A stretch of DNA of 64,000 nucleotides from NCBI GenBank assembly GCA_024408335.1, contig JAKSVB010000008.1:12967-76966 (forward strand). The letters run 5' to 3'. Positions 19,207 to 31,200 of the stretch are shown piece after piece. Position numbers and translations under genes: made by a program. The DNA comes from Bacilli bacterium. GTDB lineage: Bacteria; Bacillota_I; Bacilli_A; RFN20; CAG-826. Position 1 is the first letter of the stretch. Each line of letters opens with the position of its first letter. The notes under the pieces are model-generated. The model saw nothing but the letters and a program-made list of their open reading frames with translations. It made no database searches and was not told where the DNA came from.

Positions 19207-22200
19207 TTATGCCTCTTTTGTGGTGCCTTGGGATATAGAAAGTAGATACGCCTTGGTGTCAAAGCCAAAGACACGGTGCACGTAATCTTTATAAATGGCC
19301 ATTTGTTTGTCGTATCCTTCATCGTCTATATGGCTTGATTTGTAATCGATGATGATGGCTTGTCTCTTACTTTTATTAACGAGAAGAAGGTCAATTGAAC
19401 CATGCACTTCATTCACTTCGTCATAGTATGAATACTCATGGTATTCTTTGAAGCCTGAAAGATCATTAAACAATGAATTAGCAAGAACCTTCTCCACTGC
19501 TGCTTTGTCTTTCTCATCTTTGATGAATGATATGTCTTTGGTTATGAAAGACGTGACCTCAAGAAGTCTATGCATGCGGTCACCATAAACGAGTTTTCCT
19601 TCATCAAGAGGATCGAGGGAGGACTTTGAGGCCCTTTTCGCTTCTTTGATTATCGGGGTGACTTCAATGCTCTCATAGAGATGAGGCTCATCCATGTATT
19701 CGATGTCGTTTCCTTTAACGAAAGGAACAGGCTTTTCAACTGAGCCATCTTTCCTAAGAAGTTTCTTGCCTAGGAAGTCTGGTCCTAAAAGATTAATGAA
19801 GTCAGCGAAAGTGTTTGGATTAACAAGAGAATATTCATCGCTCTTGCCTTCTTTCGTTTTCTTTCTGGCGAGGATTGTTCTATTTAAGGAAGGGATAGCG
19901 AAAGACTTATATTCGCTTCCTTCTTCTTTTGGAAGCAAGAAGATGATTTGGTCAGAGGCTCTAGTGAGTTCGACATAGAAGAGTCTCATGTATTCGCTTA
20001 AGCCCTTTTCCGCATCTTCTTTCTTAATAAGGTTATATAGGAAATTGTCGCTTCTTTCATCGGTTCTGTTTTTTGGAAGAAGGACGCCGTACTTATTTGA
20101 GACAAGGTAAAGTCCAGCGGTTGAACTTTTTGAAAGCTTTCTCTTGTTGTGAGGGCAGTAGATGATAGGGAACTCTAGACCCTTTGAAGCGTGGATGGAC
20201 ATGATTCTTGCTGCGTCTCCATCCGCGGAGTCTCCTCCCATCGCATAATCGATATTGTATTTCTTGATGTCGTCAAAGTGTCCGACATACGCTTCATAGT
20301 CGAGGGCCATTTGATCTGCCATGAAGGCGTTATTTATGAACAAAGCGATTTTCTTGAAATTGGATTTAACATCGCCAATTCGAACAAGCTTATCCACCAT
20401 CTTATACTTTTCGATCAAGAAGGTGACTGCCTTATAGATTGGAGATGAAAGAAGGAAATCCTTGTCTTTCTTCATCTCGAGAATGAGAGGGTCATTCATG
20501 TATGAACCATCGATGAGGCTAGAGAAAAGCTTGTCATCGTTCTCTTCATAAAGGTAGCTACGTTTGATTGAGGCGTAGCAGTGTTTGGTTGCTTTCTCAT
20601 CCACTCCAATGATGACAGGAAGCTTAAGGAGTCTCATGAAAAGAAGGTTGAGGTCATTATCGGACAAGTCTTCTTGGATTGTTGCGATTAACGGAATCTT
20701 CGCTTCGCCAAAAACCTTCTGATAGACAGGGATGGCTTTCTTGACCGGGACAAGGATAGCGAAATCCTTCCAAGAGACTTTGCGAGGTCCCACTTCTCCT
20801 TTGACGTCAACCATGAAGCCTTTGACCACTTTGTCGATTATGTCGTTAGCGATTACCCTTGCTTCATTTTCATGAAGGGAAAGACTCTTATCAGCGTCAT
20901 AGCTAAGAATCTCGGTGGTGTATTCTGGTTTTGGCGAATCGCCATAAAGCCAAACGTTACCGAATTCCAAAGCGTGTCCTTTTGGATAATCGACGTCCCC
21001 TAAAGAAGGAGTCATTATTCTTTCGAAGATGCTATTGATGTCACTAATGACTTCCATTCTCGAACGGAAGTTCTTTTGAAGGCTAAAAGCCTTGCCGCCT
21101 TTTAGAAGCGAGAAGTCTCTAAGCTTGCCTGCGAAAATATCAGGGTTTGCGTTTCTGAAACGGTAGATCGATTGCTTGATGTCACCGACCATGAAGAGGT
21201 TGTCGTTAGCGATCTTCGAGATGAAGAATTCTTGGAGGTCACTGGTATCTTGATATTCATCGACCATGATGAATTTGTATTTGTGCTTAATCGACTCAAG
21301 GATGTCGCTGTTCTCCTCTTCATTAACGAGCTTTCTAGCAATAGAGGCGATATCGCTAAAAGTGTAAGCCCCACGTTCTTTTTTGTATTCGGATAAACGG
21401 GCATCGACTTCTTTGGCGATATCCACTAAAAGGGAGACGAAAGGTCTAGTGAAAAGATATTTCTCTTTTTGTTTGTTGATATCACCAACCTTATACAAGG
21501 TTTCTTTGACGCCTCCGATGAGCTCTTTGATGATGGCGCGTTTATAGTTATCGCTTTCGGTTAAGCCGTATTTCGGGCTATTTCTTTCAAAGCCTGCTGT
21601 CGCTTCTTTTCCTTTGAAGGTTATCTTGTCTGTTGACTTATGGTCTTCTTCTGCTTTAAGGCGGTCTAACATCGTTTCATAATCGCCTAAGTCCAAATAC
21701 GAATTAGCTATTGCGGTGTCTTTTTCTAAAAGCTCATTTGAGCTATCCATTCCTAAATAGTAAGCAGCCTTAACGTCATCATTAAGGGTTTCATAAAGTT
21801 CCTTTTTCCTTGCTTCAAAGTACTCATCACTAAAGAAACGTTCCTTTAAATCCAAATAGAATTCTTCTTTGGAAGGAACAAGATCCGCTTTATCCATGAT
21901 TCCAAGGATGACATCGGTTATCTCGTTATCGTTCTTTAAGACGTAGTTCTTAGCCAAAGCCTCGAAAGTTGGATCAGGGTTTTCATATTTCTCGTTTAAG
22001 ATGGCTTCGAGAATCTTTCTCTTCTCGCTTAAGATGAAGTCGTTGCTAGCGATGCCGATATTTGGGTCAAGGCCTAAACGGTAAGCGTATTTCTTAACGA
22101 GCTTTAAGAAGAAAGCGTCGAATGTGGTGATGTCTGAGAATTCGACTTCTGGTGAAAGATCCTGATCTAATTCGCCGCCATAAAAAGCGCTTACGAGAGC

Positions 22201-22425
22201 CTCTCTTGTACGGGTTTTCATTTCAGCGGCCGCTTTATTGGTGAATGTCAAAACTAGTAATTCGCTGACTTTTGTTGGATTGGTTTTATCACAGACGATA
22301 CGTTTTATACGCTCAGTCAAAACAGCGGTTTTGCCGCTTCCTGCGCCTGCGCTAACAAGGTAATTGCCCTTCTCTTGGTAGGAGTTAATAGCGGCTAGTT
22401 GTTCGTCATTAAATTTCATAGCCAT
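19207..22425 (-). CDS. addA: AddA-like UvrD helicase with C-terminal RecB-type nuclease
   Basis: AGAGSGKT, VDEYQD, GDIKQSIYRFR, SIHASKGLEF, GSIDLL..IIDYKS. Confidence 0.88.
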   Translation of the reverse strand: MAMKFNDEQLAAINSYQEKGNYLVSAGAGSGKTAVLTERIKRIVCDKTNPTKVSELLVLTFTNKAAAEMKTRTREALVSAFYGGELDQDLSPEVEFSDITTFDAFFLKLVKKYAYRLGLDPNIGIASNDFILSEKRKILEAILNEKYENPDPTFEALAKNYVLKNDNEITDVILGIMDKADLVPSKEEFYLDLKERFFSDEYFEARKKELYETLNDDVKAAYYLGMDSSNELLEKDTAIANSYLDLGDYETMLDRLKAEEDHKSTDKITFKGKEATAGFERNSPKYGLTESDNYKRAIIKELIGGVKETLYKVGDINKQKEKYLFTRPFVSLLVDIAKEVDARLSEYKKERGAYTFSDIASIARKLVNEEENSDILESIKHKYKFIMVDEYQDTSDLQEFFISKIANDNLFMVGDIKQSIYRFRNANPDIFAGKLRDFSLLKGGKAFSLQKNFRSRMEVISDINSIFERIMTPSLGDVDYPKGHALEFGNVWLYGDSPKPEYTTEILSYDADKSLSLHENEARVIANDIIDKVVKGFMVDVKGEVGPRKVSWKDFAILVPVKKAIPVYQKVFGEAKIPLIATIQEDLSDNDLNLLFMRLLKLPVIIGVDEKATKHCYASIKRSYLYEENDDKLFSSLIDGSYMNDPLILEMKKDKDFLLSSPIYKAVTFLIEKYKMVDKLVRIGDVKSNFKKIALFINNAFMADQMALDYEAYVGHFDDIKKYNIDYAMGGDSADGDAARIMSIHASKGLEFPIIYCPHNKRKLSKSSTAGLYLVSNKYGVLLPKNRTDERSDNFLYNLIKKEDAEKGLSEYMRLFYVELTRASDQIIFLLPKEEGSEYKSFAIPSLNRTILARKKTKEGKSDEYSLVNPNTFADFINLLGPDFLGKKLLRKDGSVEKPVPFVKGNDIEYMDEPHLYESIEVTPIIKEAKRASKSSLDPLDEGKLVYGDRMHRLLEVTSFITKDISFIKDEKDKAAVEKVLANSLFNDLSGFKEYHEYSYYDEVNEVHGSIDLLLVNKSKRQAIIIDYKSSHIDDEGYDKQMAIYKDYVHRVFGFDTKAYLLSISQGTTKEA

Positions 22426-22427
22426 AT

Positions 22428-24866
22428 TTATTCCTCTCCTTCCTCTTCTTCGTTACCTACATCTTTGCTTAGGCTTTGCTTCTTGATGCTTCCTTTATCA
22501 ACGAAACAGACATCATGGAAAGGACAAGATGAACATGCGTCATATCTGTTATGGGTAAGGACAAGAGGGTCAACAAGGAAAAGGCCATTAGATATTTGGT
22601 CATTAGCCAAGGCGATCCAAGCTTCTGCTCTATTAGCAAGATCAAGGAATTCCTCTTGTGTTCTAACGCGTTTTGAGGCTGCAGCCGTCCAGGAACCATC
22701 GTTTTTGACTCCAAGGCTTCCAAAGAATTTGCTGCTTTTCGCTAATTCTCCTTCAATGACCGAATAGAGCATCTTGTCATTATTAAAGATGCCGCCCATC
22801 TTGCAGGCTTCATTATCGAGCTCTTCTAGTTCTTTGCCATCAGGGTTTTCAAGTCCATAGTGGCATATTGGAGCGATGTAGATACCAGCGATTTCGGTGT
22901 CGCTAGCGAGATCTTTGTCGTGCTTTAAAGCGTATGCGTATAAAGGGAGTTGAAGCGAGAGGCCAAATTCCTTAAAGAGATCTTCGTCAAATGATTCGGT
23001 TCCTGATTTGAAGTCGATGATGAATGAGCTTCGTTTATCAGCATTATCAAACTGAATGACTTTGTCATAATAACCGCTTAAAGAGAAGCCTTTGTCGCTA
23101 GAGAAATCAAAACGCTTCTCACTATAGAAGTAAGGGTTCTTGAGATTCTTTTCAAATGATTTTTGGAATTCTAATGAAGTCTTGCAGTATTCCTTGAGGT
23201 TAAGAAGGATGATTCTCTCTTTCGCGGTAAATGGTAGTTTCTCTTCGCTTCTTCTTGAAGGGTCAGATATTTTTCCTTCTTCGATATCCATCGCTAAAGA
23301 ATAAGCTTCATCAAAATCAAGGGAAGGCTTGGTGTGGCTAAGCTCAAGGACCTTATGGAAGACGGTTCCTATTCTAGCTGGGAAACCGATTTCGCTTTCG
23401 TCTAGATATAGGACGTTATTAAGAAGGTATTTGAAAGGGCATGAGCGGTAATTCTTCAAAGCGGAAGCACTGTATTTCTTGTTGGTTTTGAATGCTTTGG
23501 TCCCAGTGTATTTAGGGTCGTATTTAGCATATTCATCAAGGATGCCGCTAAGAGTTTGGTAGCCGATCCTTCTAGGGTCGTCGGTGCGATATTTGACAAA
23601 TAGATCAAGCATCGAAGAAGCTAAGAACGCTCCTTTATCGTGAGCGAATTCATATGCTTCCCCTTCTTCGTTTAAAGCAATAGGGTTTTCATTAACGACT
23701 AAGGCCATCTTTTTAGCGAAGCCAGAAACGAATTGGCTCTCGCCAAAGATCTCTTCGCTATAAGTGATTGAGACTACGCTTCGGTTAAGGAGGAACCTTT
23801 CAAGTCTAGCGTTATCCCATAATGATCTATCTTTTGAGGTCGGTATTCCTAAGCGAGCTTTCTCTTCATCACTAAAGAATCCTTTTTCGGTGACGACGGT
23901 TGGATAAACACCCATTGAGAAACCGATGCAGTAGACGTGTCCATGGAGAGGAGACACTGCTTCTTTAAGCACCCTTACCACCTTCTCTTTTCTAGGCTCG
24001 TAAGGCATGATGGTTTTTGCGATGTCCTTATATAACGCTGCAGTTTTTTCTTTGGAATCAGGGAAAACGGAAGCGAACTGGCGAGCAAATTTCTCAATTT
24101 TGTCCGCGTTTTTGTCGTCATCGTATTTCCTCATTTCCTTTATCGCTGTCTCTAAGTCGCTAGCAAGGAAAGAAGAGATGAAATTTCTAAACGCTCTAGT
24201 GTCAAATATCCTTAACCTGTAATCGATATCGACAACAAAACCATATGCTTTTGAATATTCGTGGATGAGAGGGATGTGCGTAGAAGAGACGCCATAAAGA
24301 TAAATCTCATCTATTGGGGTGCCGTTTTTTATGTCATAGGCGATTTTGTTAAAGACATAGTGAAGCTCTTCAAAAGGATCCTTGAAGGTATCGAGAGTCG
24401 TTCCAACTCCATTCTCTTCATCTTCGTTTTCTAATACTGGTTCAATATCGAACCCTGACTTATTTAGGTATGTCTTGATTAGAGGAATCTCACCATAATA
24501 ACCGCTAACAAGGACAATGACGTTTTCGAATGTCTTTTCTGGGTGAGGGGTTTTGAAAAGGAAGCCTTTTTCTATGAGTTCGTTCCTAAGATATTCGTAG
24601 CTTTTTGCTTCGACGGCATTCTCAAAAAGGTCGCTAGAAAAAGCGGCTAACATATCTTTCGAAACGCCATAGCTGAAACCTTTCTTAAGAAGATATTCAA
24701 GGGCACGGTTATCGTAATTGTAATCGAAAAGAGAACGCAACTCATCAAGCGTATAAACGCTTAAATCAAGGAAAGGGTTCTCCTTCTTTTTAAGAAGGTA
24801 ATAGTCTTTTCTTGATGGATGCGAGATGACGACATATTTCTTTTCTGAAACGAATTCGAATAACAT
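22428..24866 (-). CDS. addB: AddB-like PD-(D/E)XK nuclease with Fe-S cysteines
   Basis: SASAL..Y.SCPFKY, GYYDKV..IIDFKSG, QLPLY, CSSCPFHDVC; adjacent to addA. Confidence 0.8.
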   Translation of the reverse strand: MLFEFVSEKKYVVISHPSRKDYYLLKKKENPFLDLSVYTLDELRSLFDYNYDNRALEYLLKKGFSYGVSKDMLAAFSSDLFENAVEAKSYEYLRNELIEKGFLFKTPHPEKTFENVIVLVSGYYGEIPLIKTYLNKSGFDIEPVLENEDEENGVGTTLDTFKDPFEELHYVFNKIAYDIKNGTPIDEIYLYGVSSTHIPLIHEYSKAYGFVVDIDYRLRIFDTRAFRNFISSFLASDLETAIKEMRKYDDDKNADKIEKFARQFASVFPDSKEKTAALYKDIAKTIMPYEPRKEKVVRVLKEAVSPLHGHVYCIGFSMGVYPTVVTEKGFFSDEEKARLGIPTSKDRSLWDNARLERFLLNRSVVSITYSEEIFGESQFVSGFAKKMALVVNENPIALNEEGEAYEFAHDKGAFLASSMLDLFVKYRTDDPRRIGYQTLSGILDEYAKYDPKYTGTKAFKTNKKYSASALKNYRSCPFKYLLNNVLYLDESEIGFPARIGTVFHKVLELSHTKPSLDFDEAYSLAMDIEEGKISDPSRRSEEKLPFTAKERIILLNLKEYCKTSLEFQKSFEKNLKNPYFYSEKRFDFSSDKGFSLSGYYDKVIQFDNADKRSSFIIDFKSGTESFDEDLFKEFGLSLQLPLYAYALKHDKDLASDTEIAGIYIAPICHYGLENPDGKELEELDNEACKMGGIFNNDKMLYSVIEGELAKSSKFFGSLGVKNDGSWTAAASKRVRTQEEFLDLANRAEAWIALANDQISNGLFLVDPLVLTHNRYDACSSCPFHDVCFVDKGSIKKQSLSKDVGNEEEEGEE

Positions 24867-24874
24867 CTATTCCC

Positions 24875-26362
24875 CTATTTGTGTTTTGGTTTGAAGGCTC
24901 TTGTGGCTTTGACCGCTTCTAACCAGCCTTCATAAAGCTCATCGGTTTCTTCTTTGGTGATTTGCGGTTTATAGGAAGCGCCTGTTTGATGGCTTGCCTT
25001 AATATCATCAAGGCTCTTAAAGAAGCCACATCCTAAGCCTGCGAGATATCCAGCGCCTAAGGCTGTTGTCTCAATACGTTTTGGAAGAGAGACTTCGCAT
25101 TGGAGGATATCGCTTTGGAACTGCATGAGCATGCGGTTTGCACTGGCTCCACCATCGACTTTGAGGACCTTGAGTTCGAGTCCTGCGTCTTTGACCATGG
25201 TATCGATGACGTCTTTTGATTGATATGCGACGCTATAAAGAGATGCTCTAGTGATGTTGTGTCTATCAGCGCCACGGGTAAGACCGAAGATAGCGCCTCT
25301 TGCATCATCATCCCAGTATGGGGTTCCTAAGCCAACGAAGGCAGGAACGACGTAAACGCCATTGGTGTCGCTCTTTCTTGAAGCGTATTCTTCGCTCATG
25401 CCGCTTTCCTTAAACCATGCCATTTCATCGCGAAGCCATTGGACGATGGCTCCACCAATGAAGACTGAGCCTTCTAAGGCGTATGTGGTTTCGCCATTAA
25501 GTCTCCAAGCGACGGTTGTAAGGAGGCCATTTTTGGAAAGGACTGGTTTCTTGCCGATATTCATAAGCATGAAGCAGCCTGTTCCATAGGTGTTTTTGCT
25601 ATCGCCTTCATTAAAGCAGCACTGTCCAAAGAGAGCAGATTGTTGGTCACCAGCGACGCCATAGATGTGAATGTGTCCTGGGAAGAAGGAAGCTTCACCA
25701 AAGTCCGCTGAGTTATCAAGGACCTTTGGTAGCATATTTTTATTAACTCCCCAAATGTTACAAAGTTCATCATCCCAATCCATATCGAAGATGTTGAAGA
25801 GAAGCGTTCTTGAAGCGTTACTGACATCTGTGTAGTGGCTATTTCCTCTAGTCATCTTGTAGATGAGCCAGCTATCGACGGTACCGAAAAGAAGATCGCC
25901 TTTGGCCATCTTTTCTTCTGCTCCAGGGACTGCTTCTAAGATGAAGCGAATCTTTGAAGCGCTGAAATATGGGTTGATTCTTAAGCCTGTTTTGGCTCTG
26001 ATCGTTTCTTCTTTGTCACTAAATCTAGCACAGATTGATTGGGTTTCCTTGGACTGCCAAACGATTGCGTTATGGATGGCTTTGCCAGTGTTCTTATCCC
26101 AAACGATTGTGGTTTCACGTTGGTTTGTGATACCAAAGGCAGAGACTTGTTCATAGGAAACGCCTGTCTTGATGAGAAGCTCATTAATGACATCGACGGT
26201 GCTGACCCATAATTGGTCGGCATCTTGTTCAACCCATCCTGGTTCTGGATACAAACAATCCACAGGTCTTTGGGCTTTAGCGACTTCGTCACCTTTCTCG
26301 CTAATGAGAATGGCTCTAGTTGAGGTTGTGCCTTGGTCGATGGCGATGATGTATTTCTCCAT
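24875..26362 (-). CDS. glpK: Glycerol kinase
   Basis: DQGTTSTR, GITNQRET, GDQQSAL, KVDGGA; GGAGG SD before ATG 26362. Confidence 0.97.
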   Translation of the reverse strand: MEKYIIAIDQGTTSTRAILISEKGDEVAKAQRPVDCLYPEPGWVEQDADQLWVSTVDVINELLIKTGVSYEQVSAFGITNQRETTIVWDKNTGKAIHNAIVWQSKETQSICARFSDKEETIRAKTGLRINPYFSASKIRFILEAVPGAEEKMAKGDLLFGTVDSWLIYKMTRGNSHYTDVSNASRTLLFNIFDMDWDDELCNIWGVNKNMLPKVLDNSADFGEASFFPGHIHIYGVAGDQQSALFGQCCFNEGDSKNTYGTGCFMLMNIGKKPVLSKNGLLTTVAWRLNGETTYALEGSVFIGGAIVQWLRDEMAWFKESGMSEEYASRKSDTNGVYVVPAFVGLGTPYWDDDARGAIFGLTRGADRHNITRASLYSVAYQSKDVIDTMVKDAGLELKVLKVDGGASANRMLMQFQSDILQCEVSLPKRIETTALGAGYLAGLGCGFFKSLDDIKASHQTGASYKPQITKEETDELYEGWLEAVKATRAFKPKHK

Positions 26363-26378
26363 TTTCGGTTCCTCCTGA

Positions 26379-27659
26379 TTATCTATTGGCAAGAATTGCT
26401 TCGATGTCTTTGACTTCTTTGACGATGTCTTTGCTTAAGACTTCGCATCCGTCTTTGGTGATGAGAAGATCGTCTTCGATTCTGATGCCGATTCCCCTGT
26501 CGGCCATGTAGAGACCTGGTTCATCGCTGATGATCATGCCTGGTTCGAGTTTGATGGTTTTGGATTCTCTTCCAAGAGGGTTGAGATATGGGTCATGGGT
26601 ATCTAAGCCGATGAGGTGAGAGACGCCATGGAAATAGTATTTGGTGATGTCTTCTTTCTTCTCAATATAACCATAACGGAGACATTCGCTTGCAAGATAT
26701 TCGACGGTTGCTCTTTGGAGCTCTTCGATGGTGACGCCAGGTTTAGCCATCATCGCAACCATCTTGTTAGCCCCAAGAACGATTTCATAGACGTTCTTTT
26801 GGAAATCGGTGAATTTGCCATTGACTGGGACGGTTCTTGTGATGTCGGCGCAGTAGTAATTACATCTAGCGCCTAAATCGCTAAGAAGGAGTTCGCCATC
26901 ATTTAATGTTCCTTGAGGGTTTGGGTAATGAAGGATTGCCGCGTTTTTGCCACACGCCATGATGGTGTTGAATGAAGTGCCTTGATAGCCGTTGTTGTCA
27001 TTGATGACGTGATGGAAGATGTCAGCGGCTTCGTATTCTTTCATGCCAGGTCTCATCTTTGCCCAGAACGAATAGATGCCAAGTCTAGTGGTTTTGATGG
27101 CCTCTCTTAATTCTGCGACTTCTCTAGCGGATTTACGTAAACGAAGCGTGGTTACAAGACCATATGCGTCATTAACCACGACATCGCTATATGTCGTTTC
27201 GATATTGCGTTTAAAATCACGGGTTGTGGTTTCGTCTGCGATCTTGAGTTCTCTATCGAGGTCGAGATACAAACGTCTAATTTCGCCATAGCTATCTTCG
27301 CGGAGGATCATGTCGAGTTTTGCTTCTAAAGAAGAATTGGTCATGATGTTTGAAATGCCGCTTATGGAGCTAGCCTCTTCTGGTTTGAGGCGCTTTCCAT
27401 ACCACTTCTCTTTTCTTTCGTCGAATGGGGAGATGAAAAGGAATTCCTTCATTTCGCCATCGCTATTGACGATGAGGAGAGCGCTGTCGGATTGGTCGAT
27501 GCCGGTTAAGTAATAGAAATTGCGGTTAACTTCGAATGGGAAATTCTCATCTGCGCTTGAAACCTTCTCAACGCCGCTATGGATAAGCAAGACGCTTGGG
27601 GATTCCATTAAGTTAAGAAGCATCTGACGACGCTCTGAATATTCGTTTGGACTGATCAT
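26379..27659 (-). CDS. pepP: Xaa-Pro aminopeptidase (M24B)
   Basis: NFYYLTG, DITRT, HGVSHLIGLDTHD, EPGLY, GIRIEDD. Confidence 0.92.
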   Translation of the reverse strand: MISPNEYSERRQMLLNLMESPSVLLIHSGVEKVSSADENFPFEVNRNFYYLTGIDQSDSALLIVNSDGEMKEFLFISPFDERKEKWYGKRLKPEEASSISGISNIMTNSSLEAKLDMILREDSYGEIRRLYLDLDRELKIADETTTRDFKRNIETTYSDVVVNDAYGLVTTLRLRKSAREVAELREAIKTTRLGIYSFWAKMRPGMKEYEAADIFHHVINDNNGYQGTSFNTIMACGKNAAILHYPNPQGTLNDGELLLSDLGARCNYYCADITRTVPVNGKFTDFQKNVYEIVLGANKMVAMMAKPGVTIEELQRATVEYLASECLRYGYIEKKEDITKYYFHGVSHLIGLDTHDPYLNPLGRESKTIKLEPGMIISDEPGLYMADRGIGIRIEDDLLITKDGCEVLSKDIVKEVKDIEAILANR

Positions 27660-28261
27660 TATTGTCTCCTCCTTTTAACGGTTATTAGTTTTTCTTCGAT
27701 TATTTTGATTTGGTTTTGATATCTCGTAACGAGAGGCTTGGCTTTTTCTTCGTCGCCTTTTACTGTCAAAGTCACTTCTTCTTCGAATGAGGTGTCGGTG
27801 ATTTCAACCTCTCTTCTTGCCGCGTCTTTCTCAAATACCGAGAAGTCGCTATAGGAGAGAGATAGCCTTGCTTCGTAACCCGTGACAAAGTCACACCACG
27901 AAGCTTCTTCAATGGCTTCGAGTCCCACGTCCCTATAGGTTCTAGTAAGACGCCCTAAGCCAAGTTTCGTGCCACCGAAATATCTAATGACGACAAGGAG
28001 TACGTGATCCACTTCTCTTCCTCGAAGGATTTCTAGAAGAGGGAGGCCAGTGCTTCTTGCAGGCTCACCCTCGTCGCTACACCTTTCGAAAGGAAGGAGT
28101 CTAGCGGCGTATGGGTAATGGGTGGCTTTTGGATAATCTTCCCTGACTCTAGCTAAAAGGGATGGGAGTTCCTTTTCATCATCGAAAGGAATCACTAGCC
28201 CAATAAAGCGAGAGCCTAAAATAACGAACTCGTATTTGTTAGGAAGGTATGGGTAATTCAT
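27659..28261 (-). CDS. yigZ: YigZ/IMPACT family protein
   Basis: SRFIG, ATHY, SDEGEP, RYFGGTKLG. Confidence 0.9.
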   Translation of the reverse strand: MNYPYLPNKYEFVILGSRFIGLVIPFDDEKELPSLLARVREDYPKATHYPYAARLLPFERCSDEGEPARSTGLPLLEILRGREVDHVLLVVIRYFGGTKLGLGRLTRTYRDVGLEAIEEASWCDFVTGYEARLSLSYSDFSVFEKDAARREVEITDTSFEEEVTLTVKGDEEKAKPLVTRYQNQIKIIEEKLITVKRRRQ

Positions 28262-28263
28262 CT

Positions 28264-31200
28264 TTAGCTGTTAGCGATGTTAGCTGCGGCGTGATAGTAG
28301 CCTGATGCTCCAAATGGAGTCATGCTGACAAGTGATGATGCGGCAAGAGGGCTCTTAGCAAGGAGTGCTTCAAAGATAGCCTTTTCAAATGTGACGACAA
28401 GGACATCTCTTAAGGCGCCGGTTGCGCTGTAATTTGCTGCGCTTTCGAGGATAGAAATGTTTGTGGCTCCATTATCGACACCGGTCAAACGGTTGTATCT
28501 AAGAAGTGGGATGATTGTTTCTTTATTCATGTTAACGAAGTCAGCGAACGTGGTTTCTGTAACTTCGAAGGCTGAAGCACTGATGTTATTTTGGGTGAAA
28601 CGAGCATCAGCGATTGCTGCTTCTCTAAGGTCAGTGTAGAGGACATTACAGAATCCGCTCTTGAAGTAGCTTTCGAATGACTCGTATCTAGCGCCTGGAG
28701 TAAGAGCGAGATAGTCATCGATTGTTAACGATCCAATAGCGAAATCGCCGATTGCGTTGGCTCTAGCTTGGATATTTGGAAGGAGGCTATAGAAGCCATA
28801 GAAGGCTGCAGCGTTAGCGATGTTGCCATCTAACCAAGCGCTTGCCTCGGCGATTGTGACTCCTTCGAATACGCTACGAACATCGGCGTATGCAGGCTTG
28901 AGATCATTCTCATCAAAATGAGGCATGTAGCTAAGGAGGTTCATGGTGCCGGCTGCTGTATGGAAGTTAAGGATTCCTGCGACTGTGACGTCACCTGCTG
29001 TGAAGCTTGGGTTGTTACTGCTCTTGAACGCTAAATCATAGCCTGAAGCGAAGAATGAGTGCTCGTTTTCGATGAAGTTAACGATCTTGGTCAAGTTGCC
29101 AGGAGTGGTGAAGACATTAGCCAAGGCGTTTGGATCGGATTCGAGATTGATGTAGTCGCTTCCGTCATAGAGACAGCCATTGACGACTTTGATGAGTTCA
29201 GCGATAGCGCCAACGTGTTCGCCAGCAACGACGGTGTCATAAGCTTCGCGAGTGAGAGAGATCTCATTATCGACAGTGAATGTTGCTTTGACACTTGTGA
29301 TGTTAGTGCCGTTTTCGATGGTGATAGCGTTAGCGAGAGGTCTATCTTTGATAGCTGAGCCATCGTAAAGAGTGTAAACGTATGGGCCAGTTCCGCTTGG
29401 AGTGATTACGTTAACGGAACCTGCGACTTTGTATGAGACTGTTGGAGCAGCGCTTGCTTCGATTTCGAGGGTGTAAGTTGGTAAAGCAAGGTCGATTGTG
29501 TATGAAGATGCACCTGCGGTTGGAACAAATGAAGTGGTGACCTTACTGAAGTTCTTGAAACCGATTGTGTCATCAAGGACATCCATGATTTGATACTTAA
29601 CGAGGTCTGAGACGATTGTGCTTCTATTGACGGCGTAAAGGAGGTTTCCTAAAGCTGTTGGAGTGATGCTCATGAGGTTATCGCTTGAGATGGAGTTATT
29701 GCCACCATCGAAGAGATGGATGCCATGGGCTGTGCCAAGAAGTCCATTGCCACCACCATAGATAAGGGTTGAGACTTCATTTGACCATAAGTCATCTGAG
29801 AGGTTTTTGACCATTGATAAGGTTTTGGCTGAAGCACTAGCGTAGTTGCCATCATATACGGCGTTATAAGCAAGATCGGATAAGCCAGTCTTGGTGTAAA
29901 GCGAGTACATGATTTGCTCGAAGACTGAGAGGTTATTAGCGACGATTCCACTTCCTGGGGTAGCATCAAGCAAATCAAAGCCTGCGTCTGCCATATGGAA
30001 GACATAGGATTCGTTAAGGGTTAAGAGCATCGTCTCAACGCCTTGAAGTTTGGTGACGTCAGTGAAGCTTGAGACGATGTCGCTATTATCTTTGACGAGT
30101 TTGATAAGCTCAGCGACAAGAGACATTTCGGCGTCGTCATAACGGTTTGTATAATCCTTCTCTGCTAAGAGGGTGCCTGAGTTGTAGTAGGTTGAACCAG
30201 TCTTAGTGATGTCATAGCCATAACAATAGAATGGGTTGACTCTTCTAAGCTCAATCTCAGCGATGTTGAGGTTTTTAGCGGTATCAGCGATAGCGTTTGG
30301 AACAAGGTCATATGTCCAGTCACATGCGTTAAGTGACTTAAGGAGGCCATCGAGTTTAGCGCTATTGAGGGTATCCATCGATCCGCTTGAGAGAACGTCT
30401 GTCAAATCTGAATCGAGAATGAGTGATTTAAGGAGCGTTCTAAGAGAATCGTTACCATCGCCATTGAGGTTTGAAGTATTGCTATTTGAGTTAAGGTTAC
30501 TCACGACTGGGTACATTGAACCAGCAAGGTACATAGCCTTTGATTCTGCATCGGTATACAAAGCGAGGTTGGCTTTGTCTTTTGGAGAAACCGATGAATA
30601 GAAATACTTTTTGATGGCGTCATTTGAAAGGACTTTGCCCATGACTGATTGGAAGACGGTTGAAGAAGCTCCGCTCTTCTTGGAGTTAAAGATGTTTGAT
30701 TGAGCGAATAAAGCCAACATATCGGTAAGGGTATCGATGGTTTCTCCAGCAAGGGCTGTGAAGTCGCCAAAGTCGACTGCTGTTAAGGCCGATGAATAAC
30801 GAATAGTCATAACAAGCTTAAGTGTTTCTTCGTCATCGATAGCGACATTAGCGTATTTGTGTGAACCAACATCACTTAGAGCTGAGCCCATGTAGTAGAT
30901 GTTAGCGCCAGAGAGACTGATTCCGCTTGTTGCGAGGGTGCCGTTTTGTAAGGCCTCGAGAGCGGATTCAAGCTTGACTGGGAAACCTGGGAAGAGGATG
31001 TAGCTACCGTTGATGTCTTTGAATAAGTCATAAACGATATCGATACCGAACTTCTCTTCGGTGAAGAATGAGCTGAAGTCGAGGTTTGCATCAAGGGAAA
31101 GGTTCATGACTTGGAGGTCATCAACTACTTCGATGAAGTTGTCGATTTCTGCGTCCCATCCACCAGTAGAGGTTTCGATCATTTCTTGGATGTGAGGGAA

